Virus record (IMG/VR): IMGVR_UViG_3300049793_000365
From: an uncultured virus (IMG/VR IMGVR_UViG_3300049793_000365)
Lineage: Duplodnaviria > Heunggongvirae > Uroviricota > Caudoviricetes
Length of the DNA stretch: 64,000 bases
Strand: one strand, 5' to 3'
The position numbers and the translations under genes were made by a program. Below the pieces are notes generated by a model. The model ran no database searches and was not told where the DNA came from. It saw only the letters and a list, made by a program, of their open reading frames with translations. Shown piece by piece: positions 47,292-56,780 of the stretch; the first letter of the stretch is position 1; the number at the start of each line of letters is the position of its first letter.

Positions 47292-47789
47292 ATGAAACTT
47301 AAACTATTTGAAGAATTCACTGGGAAAGAAATAGCTACACGCATTGCTTATAATGATGTAATTAATATGGAGACATATCATTCAATATTCTATGAGATTT
47401 TAGAAGATGATATAACTATGAATATCAAGAGAGCAGTATTCGAGAACAAACCAGAATCAGAAAATGGAATTAACCAGTTCTTGAAGAACTCAGGAATTAA
47501 TGGTATTGATGAATGTATGTTATCTGTTCAGTTATATGGTTTCAACAAGGATAAATATGAAGATAGATTATATAAAATATATTCAATTAATGATGATTTC
47601 GGTGATTGCTTTGTAGTAGATAAGATAGACTTGTTTTATGATGATGAAGAACAAGTGAGTAAGGCAATTAGAAAAATAAAAGCTGAAAGCTGTGTGAAGA
47701 ATGTAGTCTATAAATTCAAATCGAATAGTTTCACTAACGGAATTAGAATTCTTATTTTATATAAAAATTCAAGTGCCAAATTATCTTAA
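47292..47789 (+). CDS. N-tagged protein
   Basis: start reassigned to MKLKLFEEF after TAATATATA at 47279-47287. Confidence 0.7.
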   Translation: MKLKLFEEFTGKEIATRIAYNDVINMETYHSIFYEILEDDITMNIKRAVFENKPESENGINQFLKNSGINGIDECMLSVQLYGFNKDKYEDRLYKIYSINDDFGDCFVVDKIDLFYDDEEQVSKAIRKIKAESCVKNVVYKFKSNSFTNGIRILILYKNSSAKLS

Positions 47790-48624
47790 TACTTCTTCAA
47801 GTTTAGAACCTCTTCTATCAGCTAACATCATATTCATAAAGTGTTCTTCTTGTTTACCACATAGATGATATGCTTCTTTCTCAAATGGTATACTACCACT
47901 AAGAACTATGTTTGGATATCGAAGATAGAATAAATCAAGATTCAATTCTTCGTTTAACTTCTGCAATAAACCCCAATCAGTTTTAATACCAATTCCGTTA
48001 TAACCAGGATCGTTATCCCAAAACATTTGATAAGCCAGCATCCAGGTCATATCATTTATAGTGTTGAGTTCACTATTATATTCAACATAATATTTATCCT
48101 GACCGTCTTTCTGAAAGTAAATACTAGAAGCATCGTTGTGACTTCTACCGGCACCACCACTTCTTTGAAAAAACATCTTAACTGGGATATCTGGTTGAAT
48201 CATACCACCAAACGGAAATCTTTGTTCATTCACTGTGTTTAGAAATTTCATACCCATTATAAATTTATGGATTGTTATTCCTAAGAATTTAGATTTGTAA
48301 TATAATCTTACACAAGGTGTGTTTTGGGGAAATATCAAGAAGCTTACAGAACCACCCGTGGTGTATTTCTTTTCTTCGATATCATATTGTAATTTCCAAA
48401 TAAAAGTATCTGTTTCTTTTATTATGGTAGCTTTCTTGAACATTAGTCGTAATGTTCTTCGAATCTTTTCTTATCCTCAGGAGTTAAATCTCTACCAATC
48501 CAGTCGAGTATACCTAAACGCTTATCAATATCCCATTGTGATTCTGGTGATAACTTAAAAAAGTTCTTTGGTCTTTCGAATGATTTCTCAAACATTTCTT
48601 TTTCTGACATACTATTTTTTTGTG

Positions 48625-48698
48625 TGGTCCCTGCTGGGTTCGAACCAGCGACCCCCAGATTATGAGTCTGACGCTCTAACCAACTGAGCTAAGGGACC
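48625..48698 (-). tRNA. tRNA with CAU anticodon, probably tRNA-Ile2 (lysidine type); CCA not encoded
   Basis: GGTCCCTTAGCTCAGTTGGTTAGAGCGTCAGACTCATAATCTGGGGGTCGCTGGTTCGAACCCAGCAGGGACCA; full cloverleaf; resembles bacterial ileX-type tRNA. Confidence 0.92.
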
Positions 48699-48727
48699 TT
48701 GTATTGACCTAAGAGACCAATCGAGTA

Positions 48728-48759
48728 CAAATATATACTAAATAATTAAAATGTCCAAA
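48728..48759 (-). promoter_or_regulatory. Bacteroidota-type promoter for the tRNA
   Basis: TTTG-N20-TATATTTG. Confidence 0.75.
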
Positions 48760-48784
48760 TAAATATAAAAATAATTTAAAATAA

Positions 48785-49315
48785 ATGAATTCATATGAAT
48801 ATCAAACAATAAGAGGTATGGGTAGAAAACTATATCTAATTGACCAAAGAGGTGGAAAGTGTGAGAAGTGTGGTTATTGTGAAAACTTAGGATCACTTGA
48901 CTTTCATCACCGAGATTCTAATGAAAAGGAAGGTAAATTAGATATGCGAACATTATCCAACTCCACAATGAAATGGATTCTATTAGAGTTTGAAAAATGT
49001 CAAGTTCTGTGTTCAAATTGTCATAGAGAGACGCACTACCCAGACTTAAATATAAATTTAGTTAGAACCAAAGTGAGTGAGTTTAATAACTATTTAAAAG
49101 ATAGATCCGTTAATCTACCAAGATGTGTAGATTGTGATAAGCCAGTGAATTATAAATCTATAAGATGCAGAGAATGTAAATGCAAATCTACCAGAAAGAT
49201 AGGAAGACCAACTATTGATATCTTATTAGAAGAAGTAAGACTAAATGGTAGAAAGTATTGTGCTAATAAATATCAAGTAACTGTGAGAACAATTGGTAAA
49301 TGGTTAATTTTGTAG
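48785..49315 (+). CDS. HNH endonuclease (homing-type) with zinc finger and C-terminal HTH
   Basis: CEKCG...LDFHH...CQVLCSNCH; CVDC...CREC; ANKYQVTVRTIGKW. Confidence 0.85.
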   Translation: MNSYEYQTIRGMGRKLYLIDQRGGKCEKCGYCENLGSLDFHHRDSNEKEGKLDMRTLSNSTMKWILLEFEKCQVLCSNCHRETHYPDLNINLVRTKVSEFNNYLKDRSVNLPRCVDCDKPVNYKSIRCRECKCKSTRKIGRPTIDILLEEVRLNGRKYCANKYQVTVRTIGKWLIL

Positions 49316-49561
49316 TAATAACTCTATCTGCTTTTCTCTATGTTCTTCTATGAAGGAAAAGTGGTTTAAGAAATACTCTTCATTCAATCTTATCACAGTA
49401 ATACCATTACCAGTACTTACATCATAACTAGTGTAACCTATATAGCCTTGAACCGGATCAGATGCTCTCACTAGTAGCTTGTCATATACATATGATTCAT
49501 TTTCTTTGAATACTATTTTTTTATTCTTATCAAGAACAAGTTTTGTGCAAATACATTTCAT
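49304..49561 (-). CDS. SH3-like family C protein with C-terminal tag
   Basis: MKCICTK...FLNHF...HREKQIELLL. Confidence 0.65.
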   Translation of the reverse strand: MKCICTKLVLDKNKKIVFKENESYVYDKLLVRASDPVQGYIGYTSYDVSTGNGITVIRLNEEYFLNHFSFIEEHREKQIELLLQN

Positions 49562-49845
49562 CGTCCTACTATATAATTATCCGGTGTAGAATTTGGTATT
49601 TTTTTATCTGGTTTAAAGTATGTATCTAAACGCGCAATCAATTGACCAGACTCAACATCAACGTTATCTACCAGTATTTCTATTCTACCTGCTTCTGGTG
49701 AGTTGATTGTTATACAAGCCTTATCTGAATCAACCTCAGCAATAACTTCATCTTTCTCAACAACGTCACCAGTTTCCTTAACCCATCTGGCTATGGTCAT
49801 ACCATTAACTTCACCGAAATCCGGAACCCTTATTTCTACAATCAT
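49558..49845 (-). CDS. stand-alone lipoyl (biotinyl/lipoyl attachment) domain
   Basis: VPDFGE...W...GDVVEKDEVIAEVDSDKA; similar to the SucB E2 lipoyl domain; acceptor Lys intact. Confidence 0.9.
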   Translation of the reverse strand: MIVEIRVPDFGEVNGMTIARWVKETGDVVEKDEVIAEVDSDKACITINSPEAGRIEILVDNVDVESGQLIARLDTYFKPDKKIPNSTPDNYIVGR

Positions 49846-50875
49846 TTTAAGTCTTTTAGTTTTTTAATTTCTTTATATCTGTCAGCGAAATTAATCTCAT
49901 CGCTTCTCATGTTCTTCCACAACCACTTTGCTGTTTTCCTATCCAATGTGAAAACTTGCTTTCTGAAATATTTTATTATGTTAGTCGCCTCTCTTTTGGT
50001 AATAGCTATACCGCCATGACCGACACTACCATAGATATACTTCTCAAACTCATCATTTGATTTGGTTACTGTGCTGTCGAAATATCTAAACAGAGCAACA
50101 CGGACTAAATTAAATAACATTGTTTTTCTCATAGTGGTAAAAATAAATATAAATGTCCTGATTTCCAAATTTTATTTGACTATATTTGTAGTGAACAGTC
50201 AAATGTTAAATTTCAGCATTCTTCTAAACTTCTTATTTTACAAGGCATATACGTTATATATGGAGCAAATAATTTATAATAAAACGGATATATTTCATAA
50301 AATACTACCAGCTAAATTCTTAAAATATGATGTAATCTGGATAGAAGGTAATGAATTATGTGCCTACAATTCTAAAAATATGTTTGGTTCGCATTATAGT
50401 GAACAATACAAGTCTAAATTTCCTAATTTAATTAGAGATTATCGCGATATCTTGTGTGATATGTCATTAGAAGTAGAGATTGATTGGTAATTATTCTTCG
50501 TTTGATGTACGATATTTGTTATATATCTTCATATAATTGAAGTGTAATTCTTCCCTATCTACATCACTCACATCAATGTGTAAGTCACAACCATCGCTAC
50601 CTAAGACTAAACATAGGTCACACAATGCTATATCTAAAATGAATTCAACATTTCTATCAACCGCATATTCAACCAAGTCAACAAGTTCCTTCTTATCACG
50701 ATTACTAAGCTGTGAAACATATTCTGAACCATATGTACAATGTTCTTGTGTTTCAATTAACTCGAATACATCAGATATCGAATCGAATTTCTGATTCAGT
50801 AATGTTTGTAGAACTTCTAATAGGGGTGCGACTCCGAATACAGTCTCTACATTGAACTTATTAACCATAGTTTAA

Positions 50876-51355
50876 TTATTTACGTAGTGTTGATAATATA
50901 GTATGTACCTGGTACAGTTTTAAGCTTACCTCAAGCATTTCATCTAACGAATCTACAATATACACATTCGGCTTTTTAACCCTTGTTAAATGCGCTCTAA
51001 CCAATGCCCTTGCTCTGGTACTTTCTTTTGATGCTACTGGGTCAGCAACCTTCAATTCTTCCTTAACATCTTTCTCAACCATTATAACAACCGACCTGTT
51101 GTCATTGCTATTTATAGCTTGCATGATAGAGAAGCCTGTTTCGGCAAGACTACCAGTACCAAATGTTTCATTTGTAACCGGAAATAAGATGATATCATCA
51201 TTTACCAAATGGTCAGCTTCTATTTCAGCTAATTCTGGTTTCCAATCATCGACTTGTGGGTTGAAAAATGATACATCAAGTTCTGAATATTTCTTGATAA
51301 ATTCATTTCTCCATGTGCTACCACCGCACGTTCCGAATAATCCAATACAAAGCAT
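50876..51355 (-). CDS. nucleoside 2-deoxyribosyltransferase-like protein
   Basis: GLFGTCGGSTWR...FFNPQVDDW...SLAETG. Confidence 0.65.
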   Translation of the reverse strand: MLCIGLFGTCGGSTWRNEFIKKYSELDVSFFNPQVDDWKPELAEIEADHLVNDDIILFPVTNETFGTGSLAETGFSIMQAINSNDNRSVVIMVEKDVKEELKVADPVASKESTRARALVRAHLTRVKKPNVYIVDSLDEMLEVSLKLYQVHTILSTLRK

Positions 51356-51441
51356 ATGTAATATATTTTATATAATTTGTCCAAATATAAGGATTTTTAT
51401 TTAAATTTACAAACTTATATCACCACGCAATATAAAACATT

Positions 51442-51804
51442 ATGTTTAAACGAATAATTAAAGCTATGTCAAAAATTACAATTAATGGAAATGTTATATC
51501 TACAAGTGGTAGAAATGTCGTTGTGAATAACGGAAAAGTATTCATCGATGGTGTAGATGTTACACCTGATTCTAAAACAATTAATATATCTGTTGAGGGT
51601 GATATTGATAAATTAGATGTCGATGCTTGTTCTAAAGTAGAAGTGGTTGGTAAAGTAGGGCAGATAAAAACAGCAAGTGGTGATGTTGAAGTAGATGGTG
51701 ATATATCTGGTTCAGTTTCAACAATGTCTGGTGATGTTAGATGCGGTGATGTAGGTGGTAATGTTACAACAATGTCTGGTGACGTAATGAGATACGGTTT
51801 ATGA
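51442..51804 (+). CDS. beta-repeat (DUF4097-like) protein
   Basis: repeated T(A/M)SGDV units. Confidence 0.65.
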   Translation: MFKRIIKAMSKITINGNVISTSGRNVVVNNGKVFIDGVDVTPDSKTINISVEGDIDKLDVDACSKVEVVGKVGQIKTASGDVEVDGDISGSVSTMSGDVRCGDVGGNVTTMSGDVMRYGL

Positions 51805-52076
51805 TAGAAATGATAAAAGAAGAACACGTCTATCTTGCTATGAAGGAAGTATTGGATGTGAATCGAGCTGATGTTGACTTCAATAAAACATGGATTGAAC
51901 ACGGGTGTGATGAATTAGATAATGTTGAAGTGGTTATGTGGTTTGAGTGCTATTTGAATATAAGCATCAATGATGATATAGCCATGACTTATATGGGCTT
52001 GGATAACAAAATATATGACCTACCTGGACTTAAAGTTAAGATGCGTCAAACTAAATTAGATGCTATTTTACCGTGA
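51801..52076 (+). CDS. acyl carrier protein-like protein lacking the phosphopantetheine Ser, with C-terminal tag
   Basis: GCDELDNVEVVMWFE vs canonical GADSLDTVELVMALE; MRQTKLDAIL. Confidence 0.75.
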   Translation: MIEMIKEEHVYLAMKEVLDVNRADVDFNKTWIEHGCDELDNVEVVMWFECYLNISINDDIAMTYMGLDNKIYDLPGLKVKMRQTKLDAILP

Positions 52077-52593
52077 AGTTTTGGGAAATGATAGACCGCT
52101 CAAGGAAGAGAAAATCTTTAGAGCGTATAAGACAGCAGTATTTAGGTAAGATAAACGAGATACAACAGAATATGGGCTACATTCATATGATGAGTTGGTC
52201 AGATTCCGAAAAGAGAAGTATGTTTGCTGCTTATCAGCAAGAGAAAATGGAACTTCAATCTAAAGCTGATAGTATAGAAATGGAAATAAGATTATTATAA
52301 TATGTGTGAAGAAGATTGGTGCGAAATGCTTGATAAAGCTACGTATAAAAACTATTTAGATAAGTTATCTGAATTAGAAGAAGCAACTGGGCGTAAGTAC
52401 TCAGTGACAAATAATACATGGCGCTCTGCTGGTGATACTGATAGAAATGGTTATGTTTTTATGGAAACAAATACATTGTTTATTAAGGGTGGTATAATTA
52501 AATATACTAAGCACGATGCGATGGGTTATATAAAAGAGTCTTTCGAGATTAGCATTGGTGAGCATAGAAACACACAATTAGAAAAGGTATTAG

Positions 52594-52908
52594 ATGCTGA
52601 TTAAAAGTAATAGAGCAATTAAATTTTTCGAGTTTATACTTGGAATGAAAATAGCCGCGATAGCAATATTCCCATTTATAATAGCACCGACATCTACTAT
52701 TATAAATGATAGATTATTGAATCACGAGAGAATACATCTTAGACAACAAATAGAAATGTTGATTATACCATTTTATATTGTCTATTTAATTGAGTATTAT
52801 AAGAAAGGATATTATAATATTTCATTTGAAAAAGAAGCATATGGTAACGAACATAATATGAACTATCTAAGTAGTCGAAAATTATTTTCGTTTCGCAAAT
52901 ACTATTAA
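52594..52908 (+). CDS. HExxH-containing hypothetical protein (zincin-like)
   Basis: LLNHERIHLRQQ...ISFEKEAY. Confidence 0.6.
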   Translation: MLIKSNRAIKFFEFILGMKIAAIAIFPFIIAPTSTIINDRLLNHERIHLRQQIEMLIIPFYIVYLIEYYKKGYYNISFEKEAYGNEHNMNYLSSRKLFSFRKYY

Positions 52909-53929
52909 TATGGAAAAACCATTCGTACCATTTTATAAACCATACGGTATGTCGGATGAAGAATTCGAATACGAAGTAAAGATTGCTGAACAAAAACTTT
53001 CTGAATGGGAAGACCATCAAGAGGAATTGCGTAAATCTTGTACGCATGAATTTATATCAAGAGAATATTTATCACAACCCTACGGGCATTGTTTATGTTG
53101 CGGTAGAACAATATTAAGCTGATGAGTTATAGTCAATTATTAGATAATTTCGAATTAGAACATCGCGTAGGTGGATGTTATGTTACCGAATATGTGTATG
53201 GTAAAAATAAGCTTTATTATACCAATGTGGAACAGATAACTGTCTATGAATATAGAGCATTAACTAATATTACACAAGAGTGTCGTTTAAATGATGAGGT
53301 GTTCAATCATGTACCTAAAAAGGTTCGTGAGCATATGGGTGATGAACCAAGAGACATATCATTCAAGGGTAGTTTATATGAGTTACAAAAACATCTAATG
53401 CTTCTATACCCACACAAAGGTCGTAATCAAAAAATAGATGATATTATAGATTATGGAAAAGAACGTTAAACAATATGCTAATTATTTAATTGATATGTAT
53501 CAAGATATTGGTGGTACAAAGAACTCATCAATATATCGAAGGTTAACTGATAAAGGTCTTGATATATTCAAGGTAACCGAGTTAGCTTGTGAGATTGAGA
53601 TTATTTATCAAAGAGAAGAAAAACTAAACACACTGCTTAATGAAAAGAGAAAAAGAACTATTCGATAATAAACAAGAAGCCATATACGGCTTTAGTAATT
53701 TTCTATCTTATAAATGGTATCGTAAATTATTTGGTGGTAAATGGCGCTTGTTGAAGTTTGGTAAAGATACACCATACATATACTTATTTGCGACATGGAC
53801 TAAACGAGACGACTCATGCTTCGAAGGTTACATTGAAACAATAGATGTTGAAGTATATCCTGAAACTGGTGTTGATTCTCGTTGGAAATTACGTAAACAG
53901 TTTATTAAAAATATACTAAGAATTAAATA

Positions 53930-54115
53930 ATGGATTGCGGTAAAGCTTTTTATTCATCATTCTCTGAGGCTGAGAAAGGTATTCGTATTATACAATCATA
54001 TAAGCGCGATGGTGATAGATTAGTTAAAAGACGAAATAAGCAAAAAAATAGCAGACCACTAAAGCCCTATAAGTGTCCAGACTGTAACGGGTGGCATCTA
54101 ACAAGTCAGAAGTGA
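53930..54115 (+). CDS. small zinc-finger phage protein
   Basis: CGK.F.S..EA...PYKCPDCNGWHLTS. Confidence 0.65.
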   Translation: MDCGKAFYSSFSEAEKGIRIIQSYKRDGDRLVKRRNKQKNSRPLKPYKCPDCNGWHLTSQK

Positions 54116-54514
54116 TTATACGTATATAGTTCTTATTTCCATTGTAATCTTCTTGAATCGACCCCTATCTAAGTATCTCTTACCACTATACAACTTTTGA
54201 AAATCATCAAATGTTACTCCGTATTTACCAGAAACACCAACCACTTCTACCCAGCTAAAATATACCTCCAAGCCGAGATCCTTAGCTTTTCTATTTACAA
54301 TTTTTATTTCTCTTAAGAACTCGTTTGTCGATAACGTTTCAGATTTTGTTTCATATGCGAATCCATTGACCGGGAAATCGTGACTATCTATCTCAGTATT
54401 TCTAAAATAAAACCCATATTGGTCTATTAGATTTTGCATAATATCATCGACTGGTGTTCGATTTCGAGCTATTTCAGCTTTTATTTTATCATTTAAATCT
54501 TCTATATACGACAT
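54116..54514 (-). CDS. family A protein without N-tag
   Basis: start MSYIEDL after a host-type promoter; DIMQNLIDQYGF...FLREIKIVNRKA. Confidence 0.65.
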   Translation of the reverse strand: MSYIEDLNDKIKAEIARNRTPVDDIMQNLIDQYGFYFRNTEIDSHDFPVNGFAYETKSETLSTNEFLREIKIVNRKAKDLGLEVYFSWVEVVGVSGKYGVTFDDFQKLYSGKRYLDRGRFKKITMEIRTIYV

Positions 54515-54543
54515 TTTGTAAATATACGGATAATATATAGTAA

Positions 54544-54810
54544 ATGGCAAATAGAAAGATAGACAAATTTAAAAAGGCAACTGAAGTTGTCACTAAAAGC
54601 ACTAAGCTCATAATCCTTATCATTGGATCTATTGTTGCTATTGGATGTGCTACAATGTACGGATTAGCTGAACTTGGTGTAATCGGTGATGAAGAACAAT
54701 ACGATGAAGAGTACTATGATGAAGAAATTCCGTTGGATGATTCTACATACGTAGATGATGATTCTACCTATTATTATGAAGTTGTTGATGAAAATCAGAG
54801 AGAAGAATAA
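54544..54810 (+). CDS. late-type membrane protein with acidic tail
   Basis: one TM segment, D/E/Y-rich tail; TAATATATA at 54531-54539. Confidence 0.6.
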   Translation: MANRKIDKFKKATEVVTKSTKLIILIIGSIVAIGCATMYGLAELGVIGDEEQYDEEYYDEEIPLDDSTYVDDDSTYYYEVVDENQREE

Positions 54811-55214
54811 TGAAGTATTTGAAAGAGTTCGCTCATTGGATGGAAAATCCAATTAGTATTTCTGAGGTAAAAGAAGTCTTTCAAGAAATGATTGACTTGG
54901 GTATCAGTGTTAAACTGGTTGAATATAACGGTAAGCCTGAGTTATACAAGGGTAAAATATTAGGTATATTGAACGATGATTCTGAATACCAGGATAAACT
55001 CGTACCGCTTAGATATTATCAGGTTGTGTGTAGTGCTGATGCTGGTAACTACCCAGAGCTATTATCGTTATTAGATGCTGAATCAAATACGGGTAGTAGT
55101 TTTAGTCCAACCAATAGAATATTCAAGAAGCTCTCAGCACTTGGTATGGAGATAAGGAAATTTGAATTTTTAGATAAAGAAATAGCAATTGTAGAATTTA
55201 GATACTTTAGATAA
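54810..55214 (+). CDS. N-tagged protein
   Basis: MKYLKEFAHWME. Confidence 0.65.
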   Translation: MKYLKEFAHWMENPISISEVKEVFQEMIDLGISVKLVEYNGKPELYKGKILGILNDDSEYQDKLVPLRYYQVVCSADAGNYPELLSLLDAESNTGSSFSPTNRIFKKLSALGMEIRKFEFLDKEIAIVEFRYFR

Positions 55215-55216
55215 TA

Positions 55217-55247
55217 AAAAAACCCGGTTCAAATGAACCGGGTTTTT
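55217..55247. terminator. bidirectional rho-independent terminator
   Basis: aaaaaacccggttc-aaat-gaaccgggttttt between convergent genes. Confidence 0.9.
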
Positions 55248-55264
55248 ATTTATCAAGCAAATTA

Positions 55265-55717
55265 TTACTTCGCTTTCTTAGCAGTTGCTTTACGTGCTGT
55301 TTTACGAGCAGGCTTAGCTACTGATTTAGAAGCTGACTTAGAAGCGTTAGCTTTGCGTGTCTTCCATGCTTTTTTACCAGCATCAGACCATTTCTTCTGT
55401 TGAGAAGCACTTGGTTTGCTTACTGACTTAGTAGTTGCTTTTGGAGCAGATACTTTAGCTTTGGTAGCAACCTTAGTAGTTTTAGTAGTTGCCTTTGGAG
55501 CAGATACTTTAGCCGCTTTAGCCGCATTTGCTTTACGTGTAGCGTTAGCTTTACGTGCAGCTTCTGAGCGTTTTTCTCTAACAGCTTTAGAAACTGTTGC
55601 TTTTGTTGTAGACTTAGCAGCAGTTTTGCTTGCTTTCTTTGTACTTGTTGCTTTTGATTTTCTCATTTGCTTTTTGTTTTTGGTTGTTTTACTTGTTTTA
55701 GATTTACTCTTTTTCAT
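55265..55717 (-). CDS. histone H1-like Lys/Ala-rich DNA-binding protein
   Basis: K/A/S/T-rich with KVSAPKATTK x2 and TRKANA x2; heavy GCT/GCA/CGT codon use. Confidence 0.75.
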   Translation of the reverse strand: MKKSKSKTSKTTKNKKQMRKSKATSTKKASKTAAKSTTKATVSKAVREKRSEAARKANATRKANAAKAAKVSAPKATTKTTKVATKAKVSAPKATTKSVSKPSASQQKKWSDAGKKAWKTRKANASKSASKSVAKPARKTARKATAKKAK

Positions 55718-56358
55718 TTGAATTATAATTAATAATATCCGGAAGTTGTCTATTGTTAATAAGATGTTAATAACTTTAGATAATTTCCAAATCTTCTAAG
55801 TGATTTTTAAGTATTCCAGAAATTACATCTTCACCAATTAGATTTACTTCTTTCTCTAATTCGTCATACTCTTTCTGAGTTACCTTCTGGTTTGTTTGTA
55901 GTCGAGTAATAAGATTTTGAATCTTTTCTCTGCTTCTACTTTTATCTTCTTTTGGAATTTGATGCTCTTCGTTCTCAAGCAGGCTGTAACGAATATCATG
56001 AATATTCGCCATGAATGTTTTAACTGGGCATGGTACAATAGTACCGTCTTCTGTTAATACACGAACACAACTATCAACCATATCAAGAATGATATTTTGA
56101 TTAGCAGTAACAATCTGAAATTCTTGATGCTTTGGATTTGCAACAATCATAGAGATTAAATTACGTAACTGTGTAATTGGTAAATCACGCTCAGGAAATA
56201 GATACGTGGTTGGTGAATAAGCGATTGCTTTTTCTAACATCGCATATGTGTGATACGGTGCTACTAAACATCGGATGGTTTTCCCATCGTACATCATTTT
56301 AGATGTTGCTTCCTGATCCGGAGTCAGGTCAAATAAATTTTGAGGTATTTTCATAAAG

Positions 56359-56390
56359 CAAATGTACGGACAAAAATCCGAATTACCAAA
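56359..56390 (-). promoter_or_regulatory. Bacteroidota-type -33/-7 promoter
   Basis: TTTG-N20-TACATTTG before the ATG at 56354. Confidence 0.85.
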
Positions 56391-56748
56391 TTTTTTGTAA
56401 ATTATTTTTTATCGGACATTAATTCTTTTATTTTCTTGTCGCGCTTTTCTTGAATTCCGATGTACTGTATGTTGAGATATAATACTTTCTTTTTACCGGA
56501 ACCTAAGTACACATCCACTCTTGGATTCTTAGCATCCAATTGAGTGTTTATTAAATCCTGTTTGTGTTTATACTTAGAGATATTAAGTGAGAAGTCACCA
56601 GTCAATGATGCCATTTCCTTTGTTAGTGCTTTCTTAACATGATTTCCAATGTTTAAATTCTTGATTGAGTTTAAACAATCCGTGTTAATTATCACTTCAA
56701 ATTTATTTGAGAAGGCTGTTATTTCAGTACGTGCTATATTCATGTCCA

Positions 56749-56780
56749 CAAATATATTAAAAGATATCCGGAAAACCAAA
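56749..56780 (-). promoter_or_regulatory. Bacteroidota-type -33/-7 promoter
   Basis: TTTG-N20-TATATTTG; likely start at 56743. Confidence 0.8.

Noticed and set aside
51420..51902. Minus-strand Ser/Thr/Pro-rich ORF and similar antisense ORFs (2614, 5646, 7414, 22390, 29593, 38410, 51099)
   Set aside because: They fully overlap better-supported genes on the opposite strand and have no promoter or tag of their own.
55416..55721. Hydrophobic 101-aa plus-strand ORF
   Set aside because: It is the antisense shadow of the Lys/Ala-rich histone-like gene.
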